In this document: in pieces, positions 49,301-58,023 of the stretch
Layout of the letters: every line of letters begins with the position of its first letter
How positions within the stretch are numbered: the stretch's first letter is position 1
IMG/VR virus record: IMGVR_UViG_3300024308_000016
Span: 186,001 to 250,000 of that record
Strand: one strand, 5' to 3'
Length of the DNA: 64,000 bases
Program-made: the position numbers and the translations under genes
Notes under the pieces: model-generated
Told to the model about the DNA's origin: nothing
What the model saw: only the letters and a program-made list of their open reading frames with translations
Databases searched by the model: none

Positions 49301-50869
49301 ATCCTTGTAACTGGACTCAGATGCTGCCTTCTTGATACCCATCAAGATGTCCGAGGACAGCTCGCGTTGGGTCTTGAACTTGCCGGTGTTGGGATCGTAC
49401 ACAGTCAGTGCCGTGGAGGTGTCTCCAGTGCGCAGCACGGTGATCTCTCGCAAGATGCGGGCCAAGTAGCCTGGGATCACATCGACCTGCGCGCGAGCCA
49501 CTCTCTTGGCGGTGTACAGGGCATCTTCCCCTTCTCCCCCGATGCCAGAGTTCTTGATAGTCATATCCGGCGTTTGATCACCGAAGATATCCATCAGGCC
49601 TTCGAGCATCTCTCGGATAAGACCAGAGGGACCTCCCGCGTAGCCGAAGTCCTGGAACTTGTCAGAGCGTTTGATCCGATCGATCAGACCGCCGGGGTTG
49701 TGCCCATAGCGGCCAGCCAGCATGGAGGCGCGCATGATGTTGGGGTTCTTCTCGGCAAGGGCTTTCAAGCGCTTGGAGACGTTCTTGCTCACCCACTCAC
49801 CAGCGGCAGCCCCCACGCCAGAGCCCACTGTGCGCCACCCCGAGTGCTTTTCCCCGGTGATCTCCGCCATGTCCCGGGCCATTTCGTTTTCGGAGATGAT
49901 GTTCTCCAGCATGTCATCGACCAAGGAGATGTTGTCCTTGAAGTCGTCCATCTGCTCTTTGATCTTGGCTCGGATCTTCTTGCTGGCGTTGGCGATTCGG
50001 TCGGTGGTACCAAACAGGCTGTCCTGGATCGCGCCGAACGCCTTGTTCTTGGCGATGTTGGAGAAACGCTCGGTTTCCTTGATCTTGGCAGCATCCGGCA
50101 GTCCGGTATTCTTCAAGATCCCAGCACCCGTGGTCTCAGCGACCTTGCGGTACTCGTTGAAGCTCTTGACCAGCGAGGCCATAGCGAAGTAGCTCCGGTA
50201 CTGCAGCTCAAGCGACTTCTTTTGGAAGTTCATGTTGAACGTCTGCTGGTAATCCCGGATGCTGTTGACACCGACGGCGATCTGCTGCTGGACCTTAAAC
50301 GAAGTGTTGAAGCGCTTGGTGTCGATCTTGTCGCTCAAGATCTTGCGGGCCTCATCCTCGACGCGATCTTCCTCGGTCTGAGCCATCATGCGCCCAAACG
50401 TCTCACCCAGCATACGCTCCACGCCCTGGTCCACCGCATCGGTGTTGTCCCAGTCGGTCTTGCGCGAGCCGCTCAGGGAGTCCGCCAGTGCCTTGGTCGT
50501 TTGCTTCAGACGCGTGGCCGAATCAGGTACGAGCTTGTCGATCTTTCTCATGATGGAAGCCAGCTGAGGCTTGACTTCCGAGATAGATTGATCGTATAGA
50601 CGCGAGGCATCTGACGTGATCTGATCCGTCGCCTCCCATGCTTTGCCGATGCCCTCGGGCAATGCGTCACGCGCTATCTGCGTATAGGTGGAGGGATCAG
50701 TGAACTTGTTACGCATGCTGGTCTTGACGCCTTCGAGGACGTGGTCGACTGGCTTGCGGTCGCGCTTGGGGCGCTCATCAGGGAAGTCTCCCCCGGAATA
50801 ATCAAAGTCAAGATCCCGATCAAATTCGAAATCCCCGTAATCATTACGGTTATCATCACGAGTCGCCAT
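43358..50869 (-). CDS. Tape-measure / structural peptidoglycan hydrolase (phiKZ gp181-like) with S74-like, M15-peptidase and SLT domains
   Basis: About 2,503 aa; long Gly/Ala helical repeats; SLT motifs AMESSMNP, GLNQF, YMAHYLG; M15 motifs FRS..RQ, SMHEHGLALD, ETWHIE. Confidence 0.85.
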   Translation of the reverse strand: MATRDDNRNDYGDFEFDRDLDFDYSGGDFPDERPKRDRKPVDHVLEGVKTSMRNKFTDPSTYTQIARDALPEGIGKAWEATDQITSDASRLYDQSISEVKPQLASIMRKIDKLVPDSATRLKQTTKALADSLSGSRKTDWDNTDAVDQGVERMLGETFGRMMAQTEEDRVEDEARKILSDKIDTKRFNTSFKVQQQIAVGVNSIRDYQQTFNMNFQKKSLELQYRSYFAMASLVKSFNEYRKVAETTGAGILKNTGLPDAAKIKETERFSNIAKNKAFGAIQDSLFGTTDRIANASKKIRAKIKEQMDDFKDNISLVDDMLENIISENEMARDMAEITGEKHSGWRTVGSGVGAAAGEWVSKNVSKRLKALAEKNPNIMRASMLAGRYGHNPGGLIDRIKRSDKFQDFGYAGGPSGLIREMLEGLMDIFGDQTPDMTIKNSGIGGEGEDALYTAKRVARAQVDVIPGYLARILREITVLRTGDTSTALTVYDPNTGKFKTQRELSSDILMGIKKAASESSYKDRLNETYDDFTKGATVPDADRDEVKDYLGKLSRRRNFDYDGDRMMDTVEFRNLSPSAQETVRKILQTNYSGDSLEALTRKYSLTSRSSELRSSVKDHRGVIQQAIADGNAEGLVEAGFLKRDKDGNYEIVEDEYYKLIDQGGRMTSDQTQKENIRSYAPKNPTASLKGIMNTDNYSWNYKAAAGLGKSTHFGPMAQDVNRNLGEETAPGGTSIDPISAQGHMLAAIKALGEKFDSGVGSEGVQYLKSIDEQVKKISAQQAKGGGFMGFGGEGGQEGGSMASRGFGLKGQGLMGNLIAGVVNAAAAGAAKLTGTTIDTASWLKDKVIMPGWDMGKSAAGAAKEPAKNLMSSVYEAAVNATRRAVDFGSDVLFQKVPATVKTARMMLDKAKGMAINLVNGPQDVYMPGNPAPVLRAKLMELGAYKDESTGKPIKNLEDLSRISGNVIDHHGKVVLTIDDMVDGLFTADGKPVRTLTRQALDWIKKKAGEAFTRGRGAAGMLMSGASKAYDFARDRAKSFGGKAKSMYQHGVQGAGQMYEDGKAMAGQAWQNSAEGMAAMWASSKERMGELSASIGESVSKALQALPQLQAGGDCTCWQKPTEVLEQIRDLLAMGKGGRRVRSILNRTGAKPMQAATPEEVSDDSVDKTNRSLLTQIRDISLVGKDSKIVDSILGQGARIGDFLKDKTTGAANSSTIKKMKDWAKMFGSAPQPGTDDFVGPMFPSGVDLGPQIPTGQRIMNKYAGGNLGGLLGGVASMLPGAIGGIGSMASKAGSRVAGLGAKRGGRLGGLLGRGAGLLGGLGGSLAKGAGFLSGMFSGNKDQAGNQQQGPAQEETSQESGSGMRNMVNKAKQRAMKAYRKATGQFNDRDGDGQRDGGAADRMQQNEDMRQANEQRKLEAQQKSEAGLEKNKYMEGSDMLSTIFKMATGMMGTIASAAGSIMSGAIGLLGLGGKGGLLKGAGSLLGRGLKGGAGLLGRGLMGGASLLGSGLSKIPTAFRTVGTPLAGAAKAGGGLLARLPGAASVARFGGFAARAAMTVGLAAGGSGGAIIGALGAAATSLAAVLTSPVVLGAAAVAGTAYGGYKLYKYLTRNRLDDWQRIRVIQYGLDGTDATEMYNSQVMGLEKYLLDGRIGYRGKQPYINERAIDTKDILEIFSIDPKESQMVQNLTEWIDQRFKPVFLHHLAILAQVDMKVKLDELDKLKPEQKLEYLSKAAFESGPYDVTVSPFKGLNSLNTNVQPAFNLVNAKIKTLGLEQQKSVKAAIKAGEIDPKGADKKNAKAVIVAAGDQIKSEAIPNTPAVESKQVGELNKAPSAKPFDVATPEDPPQSKTQNSTIISNGQADGSDSSTGMTKVPALAGGQMADGSGGMKYVKLGKDAVLEGMQPRLLKHFLSMAQEYGEATGKSLQVNEAFRSYQRQAALHRQNPAKAAKPGNSMHEHGLALDVSSVQLEELEQMGLLRKYGFTRPVGGETWHIEAAGYQGSEKLAKTDKSYADIAIQSSLGRGGGGQGSIKGSKLGTRNPKLARDLYNAKGGATVTDPAVKGASPINDLKMPQVPGETASQADQGIKAKTGVTEEKSMTAQAQAPTAAAIATTGAPDKFSSGTQQVAYKPSAKIDTDKGKLAEDGETRPSESVGGGKPAEQGIRGTITSAAKEAGVNPNDMLLMSAMESSMNPAAKAGNAVGLNQFFPAAWNDTMRKTGSKYGLKGNEDRTDPRANTLMGAEYLKQNLKGLESVRPNPDFTDGYMAHYLGLGGARKFFSASPDTPAASLFQKAAANPINAKLFYANNRPLTTSEMYDRIENKIENKAQQFNIPYAPKGMGGPKVGNTTGKAVAADADRSTPTATTTASFNVPSSAMRTVSTASAAPAKASAAAERRITVPSMARPDPALTAIAKGQNSQGIDELVQIGNDSNKYVATISETLVTQIVPILQGMSQALTGLGQVMVEQGGAKPEAPQPVAPVYKTPKFAEASTSSFDNRRVL

Positions 50870-50925
50870 AGTGCGAACCCTTTCTTTTATTATGCGGACC
50901 AAAAAACACTCAAAGGATCACAGCC

Positions 50926-52946
50926 ATGGCAAAAGACATTGACCCACTGAAGATAGAGCTGCTCATCCCCATGAAGACGGACTTGCAGGGTGTCAAGCCC
51001 GTGCTGGTCATGGACATCATGAGCGGCATGAGCAAGAACTTCCACCCTGAGGGCTTGTTCTCGGTGGAGATCTTCGGTAAAGTCGGAGAAACTACACGCT
51101 CGGCCACCTTCGCCTATATCAACTTGAATATCCCGGTGTTTCACCCGCTGCTGTTCAAGGTGATCTGCGATTTGAAGGAGCTGTACCAAGACATCATGGC
51201 CGGTAAGGCCTACGCAGTGTTCGATGAGGAAAAGAAGGACTTCTTCAAGAGCAACATTGCAGAAGGTGAAACCGGCTTTGCGTTCTTTTTGAAGCACTTC
51301 CCCAAGCTGCAGTTCGAAGAGCGTAAATCCATCACCCGGGCTGAGTACATCCGTCTGGTGGAGATGTACCGCGATAACCCCTTCATCGAGCAACTGGTCA
51401 TCTTGCCCGCCGGTGTGCGGGACTATGTGGTCGAAGAAGACGGCAAGCCTTCGGAAGACGAGATCAACGGTATGTACCGCTCCATCATGGCAGTGGCTGG
51501 CTCCATGGAGAACGTGCGCGCTGATGTGAACCCTGAGTTCATCGATGCGTCCAGATACAACCTGCAAGTCAAGCTGCTGGAGATCTACCGATACCTGATC
51601 GGCCTGATCTTGGGCAAGCACAAGATGGTCCAAGGCGCGTTCTTGAGCCGCAAGGTCTCCAACACCACGCGAAACGTGATCACCTCTTATATCCCGAACG
51701 TGCAAGAGTTCGGCGATGCCAGAAGCGTGCGTGCTGACCAGACGGTGATCGGCCTGTACCAGTTCACCCGAGACATCATGCCGCTGGCGGTGCATGCCAT
51801 TGTGGGCAAGTACCTGCCCAAGGTTTTCACGGGTCCCAATACCCCGGCTCAGCTGGTCAATCCAAAAACCCTGCACAAGGAAATGGTGACCGTCAACCCC
51901 CGGGAGTACAAGAAGTGGATGACCTACGAAGGCATCGAGAAGATGGCCGATCGATTCTCCGAAGAGTCGATGCGCCATTACCCGATCATGATCGAAGGCT
52001 ACTACATGGGCCTCGTGTACAAGGGCAATGACGGCACGTTCAAGTTCATCCAGGACATCGACGAGATCCCGGAGTCCCGCTCCAAAGATAGCGTCACTCC
52101 CATCACCATGGCGGAGTTCCTGTACATGTGCCTGTACGAGGAAGCCCTGGACGCCTGGGGTTATACCACTCGGTATCCTATCTCCGGCTATGGATCGACC
52201 TACCCGGGTGGGGTCGCTCTGAGAACTACCGTGCGATCGGAAGTGCGCACTGAGCTGGACGACTACTGGCAACCGATGCCTCACCAAGCGGTGAGCTTTC
52301 CGTTGCCGGGTGCGCAGTTCTTCAACTCCATGAGCCCAGCTGTCCGCCAAATTGGCCGGCTGGGGGCTGATATAAATACAGCTTTCACTCCCCTAAATCG
52401 CATATACAGCTATCCCAGACGAGGGATGTGAGTGACTAAGGGTGTAAGCGTATATGTCCTTCTGTCTAGTAATAGACAGTCGAAACTTCTTTAATTGCTG
52501 GAAACCCCTGAGAGCCGACCACACCACTGCGAGCGGTAACGTAAAGCGACGGTTTTAAGAAATGGGCGGATTGGGCAATCAGCAGCCAAGCCTCTTACTG
52601 AGAGGAAGGTCCAACGATCATCGGGTAGCTCCGAGTAAAGCCCCAAGCGGGGAAGAAATGGGAAGGGTCCTACCAGGTCATGCTGGGGATCTTGATATGA
52701 TCTGCTCCTCATGGAAACATGAGGCGGGTGTCTGTAGCACACCGGGACTGCGTAGCGAGCAGTCTGGACAATAGGTACGACGGGGACCAATGTTCTCACT
52801 ATTGTGTACTGACCCAGGAAGCCAAGCGAGAAGTCAAGCGTATGCTCGCTAGCAGGGATTATTACATGAACCTGGACGGCACCATGGCGTTCAGCCAAAA
52901 CAACGACTACATCTCTTTGGCGCTCAAGTATCTTACTGCGCGCTGA
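50926..52946 (+). CDS. Virion RNA polymerase beta'-like catalytic subunit (phiKZ gp180-like), spliced: join(50926..52371,52776..52946), 538 aa
   Basis: FHPEGLFSVEIFG, ILPAGVRD and TTRYPI motifs; exon joining restores the RLGAD-YDGD catalytic motif in frame. Confidence 0.9.
52372..52775 (+). ncRNA. Group I self-splicing intron, 404 nt, no homing endonuclease ORF
   Basis: 5' exon ends in U and intron ends in G; P AATTGCTGGAAA, Q AATCAGCAG, R TCCAACGATCA, S TGATATGATC; IGS CGTATATGTC pairs with both exons. Confidence 0.92.
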
Positions 52947-52963
52947 TCTTTGAGGATTTCACA

Positions 52964-55900
52964 ATGGGCTTTCAGCAATACAAGGATTGGTATCGGGATC
53001 ATGGCACACGCAATGCGCTGAGCCTGATGAACGTCGATCCCACGCCGGTCAAGAACCTGCCCCAGGGCTCGACCCTGCACTACCTGGGCTCCGATGATGC
53101 CCCACTGCCTGATCTGTCTGATCCCCTGTTTGCTGGGTACTCTAATAAGATCGAGCTGCACTCCATCACGGAGTACAACGGAGCCACCGAGCCCCACGGC
53201 TCCAAGCTAGCGGTACAGGTGGTCAAACAAACCACGGACTTTGCGTCTCGCAGCAAGCTGTTCCACTACTTGAAGACCCTGAACCTGTCCACAGTCTCCA
53301 ACAGCCAGCTGGTGGTGGTGAGCTACGGCTTCTTGGATTTGATGTACCGCTATCCGGCAGTATCGACTTCCAAGTACTATCAGTTTCGCAACAAACTGCA
53401 GACGTTTGTCTCCACGGTGAACTTCCTGAACCGGGACAAGCCCAGGAACAACTTCATTGTGCTGACGGTGCCATCCGAGCTGGTAGGCCGCAACACGCTG
53501 GACAACCGGGCGCTGGGCCAACCCAAGCAAGTCGCCAGCATCTTTGACACCGAGGAGAAGGTGGTGTTGCGCGAGATGTGGCTGTGGTGTAATCCCGATA
53601 CCCGGGACCATTCGGTCTTCGCTGACATGAGCGAGACTGATATGCGGCACTTGAACTTGATGTTCAAGACTTACACAGGTGAATACACCACGGTCTCGTT
53701 TGGCTATCTGTACAGCTGGATGAAGGGCAACCCCAACTACACCACAGTCTCTGCTGTGATGCAGGTGAGCTTCATCGAGCTGCAAAAGTACTGGCTCAAG
53801 TACTTGATGGTGCTGCAAACTATCAACGCCAATGGTGCATCGCTGGCCGAGCAGGAGAAAGCCGCAGCCGAGGCGATGGTCAAGGCAGAGACCGCCACTG
53901 ATCCCGACAAGGAGGCTCCTGAGGGCGACCAGCCCCAGGAAGAGCGATTTCCCGAAGTACCGACTGAAGGACACTCTGGACTGGGAACAAGTAGCTCAGG
54001 CGACGGGCGTGACACCGCAACAAGCAAGGCTACTGCTGGCGACACTATTGAAGCCGAGATCGATATTACCCAGCAGCTCAAAGAACTCGACGCGGATATA
54101 GCCGCGCTCGATGCACTGGACAAGCGCAAGTTCGACAACAAGTTCGTGGTCAAGAAAGACGCCGATGGTGAAGAGCTCATCGACGTCAAGGACGTGACAC
54201 CGGAAGTATATACCTCCGACATCCCGGAGACTGCTGAAGCCATCGCGGCGAAGATCTTCACCGCCAAGACCGCCAAGCAAGCTCTCCTGGACAAGATCGA
54301 CGCAGCCGCTGATGAAGGCCGCATCTCCGTGTCCGACTACCGCAAGCTCAGCGAGCAAGCCAGGAAGTCCGACCAAGCGCAAGACCCCTTCGGCTCCGAC
54401 AAGACTATTGCCGAGGCTATGAAGATCGAGCCCGGGGAGCTGGAGATCACCCAGCAAGAAGCAGCACTGAATGTGCCGCCCACTGTGCTCGATCCGTCGA
54501 TGGCCGCAGCTCCCCTGTCGGTGATGGATCGCAAGTACAACACCTCTATCATCTACAAGGATGTGCTGAGGTCGGTGCAGGCTATCCAAAAGGCTGGCAT
54601 CATCGTACGTCGCCATGAGGTGGAGACCAAGTACTCGGAAATGGGTACGTTCGATGTGCACACCATCGAGCTCAAACCCGTCAACGGCAACCCCTCCATC
54701 ATCCGGGCACGCATACCGCGCGTCGACGAAGAAGGCATCTTCGTGGTGCGGGGTGTGCGCTACTTGGCGCGTAGCCAGATGGTGGACAAGCCCATCCGCC
54801 GCATCGGTGTCAACCGTGTGGGCCTGACCAGCTACTACGGCAAGAGCTTCGTAGACCGGGCAACCAAGAAAGCCGATAGCTACTTGGAGACCATCATCCG
54901 ACGCCTGAACCGTGGCACCATCGAGCCAGACCAAGACATCCGGGACGTCTCTCCGGGTGATGTGTTCGACAACTACTTCGAAGCGCCCTACATCTACAAC
55001 GGTCTGGCGGCAAAGTTCCGTTCGTTCAGAGCTGGTCCGTACTTGCTGAACATGAACCACAAGGACCGGGAAAAGGCAACGACTCCCGAGATCCTCGCCA
55101 AGCTGGAAGTCAAAGGACGACGCCTGATCGGTCAGGGCCCTGGCTCTCGTCCGCTGGTGGTGGACATGGACAACCAGTTTTACCTGATCGGCCCTGACGG
55201 GGAGACTCCCGTAGGAGACATCTTTGACATCATGAAGATGGACCGCCACAATGCACCTGTGGACTTTGCGGAAGTGAAGGTCTTCTCCAAGGGGATTCCG
55301 GTCGGTGTGTTCATCGGCTACAACCTGGGATTTCGGGCACTGGTCAAGTACCTGGGAGCTCGCCACCGTCTGGTGGAAGGACGCCAGCAAAAGAAGATGG
55401 GACCCTACGAGTACGCCGTGCAGTTCAAGGACGTGGCCTACATCTTTGACCGCAGGGACAAGGCTGCATCATTGGTGCTCGCTGGTTTCCGGGCGTTTGA
55501 GAAGGACACCAAGGCGTACGACGCCGTCGAGTTCGACAACAAGGCCGTCTATACCCGACTGATGGAGTCCCGGGGTCTGACGAGTATCTATCTCAAGGAG
55601 ATGGAGAACTTGGTGGACATGTTCGTTGACCCGATCACCGAGGACTTGCTCAAGGAGCTCAACGAGCCACAGACCTTTATGGGGCTGCTGGTGCGCTCGT
55701 GCGAGTTGCTCGACACCTACCACCATCCGGCGTCCCAGGACATGAACAACCAGCGTGTGCGGGGCTATGAGCGCTTCGCTGGCTTCCTGTACAAGGAGAT
55801 GGCCAACTCGGTAAGGGCATTCAAGTCCAAGAACACGACAGGACGCGCTAAGGTGGACATGAGTCCGTTTGCAGTGTGGTCGCTTGTCACGCGTGACAAC

Positions 55901-57658
55901 TCCGTCAAGCAAGCCGAGGACATCAATCCCATCCAGGCGCTGAAAGGCTCGGAAGCCATCACCTATGTGGGAGAAGGTGGCCGCTCCAAGGAGTCGATGA
56001 ACAAGGCATCCCGCGCTCTGCACACCTCCAACCTGGGCGTGGTGTCGGTCGATGCTTCCGTAGACTCTTCGGACGTGGGTATCAACATCTTTACCTCCGC
56101 CAACCCTGGCTTCAACTCCGTGCGTGGAATGAGCAAGAAGGGTCGTGAGATGGGACCCGCCAACCTCCTGGGCACCAGCGCGATGCTGGCACCCTTTGCG
56201 ATCAATGACGATCAAACAGGTCCGCACTACTGGAGACGGTATTGTGTATCTCCCTCAATTGCGAGAACCCCCTGAGAGCTCCACTACCACTGCTAGCCGC
56301 GAGGCGAAGCGAAGGTTCTAACAAAGCTGGAGATTGGGAAACCCGCAGCCAAGCCTCTCTAGTCAGAGGAAGGTTCAACGACTATGGCAGTTTGTCAGCC
56401 ATAGGGCCGAAGTGGCCCGAAACAGGGAGCATCTCTTAATCTAGAGATGAAGATATAGTCTCGACATCTGGGGAAAACCCAGAGCTGCTCTTATACTAGA
56501 GCGGGGCAAGCGTAACGAACTTGCCTGAAGGTATCGCCAAAACGTGTCGCATTTATCTCCATCCAGCAGGCCCACACCGTGGCCACCACTGGCTACCACG
56601 CACCCGTGGTGCGTACTGGCTACGAGTCCGTGATCGGACAGCGTACTGGTGAGATGTTCGCTTCGGCTGCTCGGATGGACGGCAAGGTGATCTCGGTATC
56701 GGACTCCGGCATCTTGGTGGAGTACGCAGACGGTGAACAAAAGGGCTACACCTTGGGCACGATGTACGGACGTGCGGAAGGCTCCACCTATCCACACAAC
56801 CTCATCACTGAGATGAAGCCCGGTCAGAAGTTCAAGAAAGGCGAGTACATCTCGTACAACACCAACTTCTTTGAACCCGACCCGATCTTGCCAGGCTCCG
56901 TGGTCTACAAGGGTTCCATGCTTACGCGTGTGGCTCTGATCGAATCCTCCAACACCCATGAGGACTCCTCGACTATCAGTGAAGAACTGTCCAAGTCGAT
57001 GACCACCACCACCGCCAAGGTCAAGAAGTACGCCGTGAACTTCCGGCAAAACCTGCTCAACATGGTCAAGATCGGCCAGCAGGTCAACCCTGAAGACATC
57101 ATCATGACCATCGAAGATGAGATCACTGCGATGGACGACAGCTTCGGAGATGCGTCGATGGAGATCCTGGCCGCCCGTGCCAAGAACTCTCCGACGTCCG
57201 GCTACCGTGGCCGAGTCTCTGACATCGATGTGATCTACCACGGCGACAAATCCGATATGTCCGCATCTTTGAAAGCCTTGGCTGATCGCTCCGATCGCCG
57301 AAGAGCCGACAAGGCCAAGGCCACGGGTCGACCTGCTGTGACCGGAGCTGTTGACTCCGACTACTCGCACGACGGTGCACCGCTGATGCTCAACAAAGCG
57401 ATCATCATCGTCTACATCACCGTCTCTGAAGGAGCGGGCGTTGGTGACAAGTTGGTATTCTCCAACCAGCTCAAGAGCGTGATCGGTGAGGTCATGCCCT
57501 ACAAGCTCACCACCAAGTCTGGCCTTCCCGTGCATGCCAAGTTCGGTGCCAAGAGCTTCGCTGCCCGTATCGTGAACTCTATGATCTCGATCGGATTGCG
57601 GGGCGCAGTCCTCGACCGGCTGACTGATGTCGCCGTCGAAGCTTACGAAGGAAAGTAA
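52964..57658 (+). CDS. Virion RNA polymerase beta-like subunit (phiKZ gp178-like), spliced: join(52964..56212,56537..57658), 1456 aa
   Basis: QRVRGYERF, TYVGEGGRS, SVDSSDVG and GVGDKLVFSNQLKSVI motifs; exon joining gives NDD-PKRVAFISIQ. Confidence 0.9.
56213..56536 (+). ncRNA. Group I self-splicing intron, 324 nt, no homing endonuclease ORF
   Basis: P1 GAU|C-AAACA-GGUC with U-G pair; P AATTGCGAGAA, Q AACCCGCAG, R GTTCAACGACTA, S AAGATATAGTCT; terminal G. Confidence 0.94.
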
Positions 57659-57670
57659 GTAAAAGATGTC

Positions 57671-57703
57671 CCAGATCTGGCACCCCAAAAGGGTGCCAGA
57701 TCC
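57671..57703 (+). terminator. Hairpin after the vRNAP operon
   Basis: GATCTGGCACCC-loop-GGGTGCCAGATC. Confidence 0.65.
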
Positions 57704-57781
57704 GGTGCATTGTATGCAATCAAGTGGGCGTTTTGCCGTAATGGCACAAGCGCAGAATTTCTACCCCTTATAGAGGACATC

Positions 57782-58021
57782 ATGCAAGACAAGAGCACTC
57801 TCCCTGTCCAGCCGCAGCCGGTGGACCAAACCACTACCATGGCGCTGGCCAACTGTGCAGCCATCGCCGTGGGTGTGGTGCAGCACATCTCGGGAACGTC
57901 GATCTCAAAGACCATCAACAACAGCCCGATGACCCAAGAAGCGATCGCCAACATGGCGCTGCAGCGCATCGTTCGCAACCTCACCAATCGCAGCCTGCGC
58001 GCCAGCGCCATCGGAGCCTGA
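57782..58021 (+). CDS. Small hypothetical protein (79 aa)
   Basis: GAGGA RBS before ATG; strong codon bias. Confidence 0.7.
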   Translation: MQDKSTLPVQPQPVDQTTTMALANCAAIAVGVVQHISGTSISKTINNSPMTQEAIANMALQRIVRNLTNRSLRASAIGA

Positions 58022-58023
58022 AC

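Noticed and set aside
52491-52898. Short ORFs inside or overlapping the introns (also 52562-52774, 56242-56439) as possible homing endonucleases
   Set aside because: Too short, overlap ribozyme core elements, and lack HNH, GIY-YIG or LAGLIDADG motifs
52372-56536. Broken RNAP genes as frameshifts, pseudogenes or naturally split subunits
   Set aside because: Complete group I intron signatures and exact in-frame rejoining of conserved motifs explain both breaks
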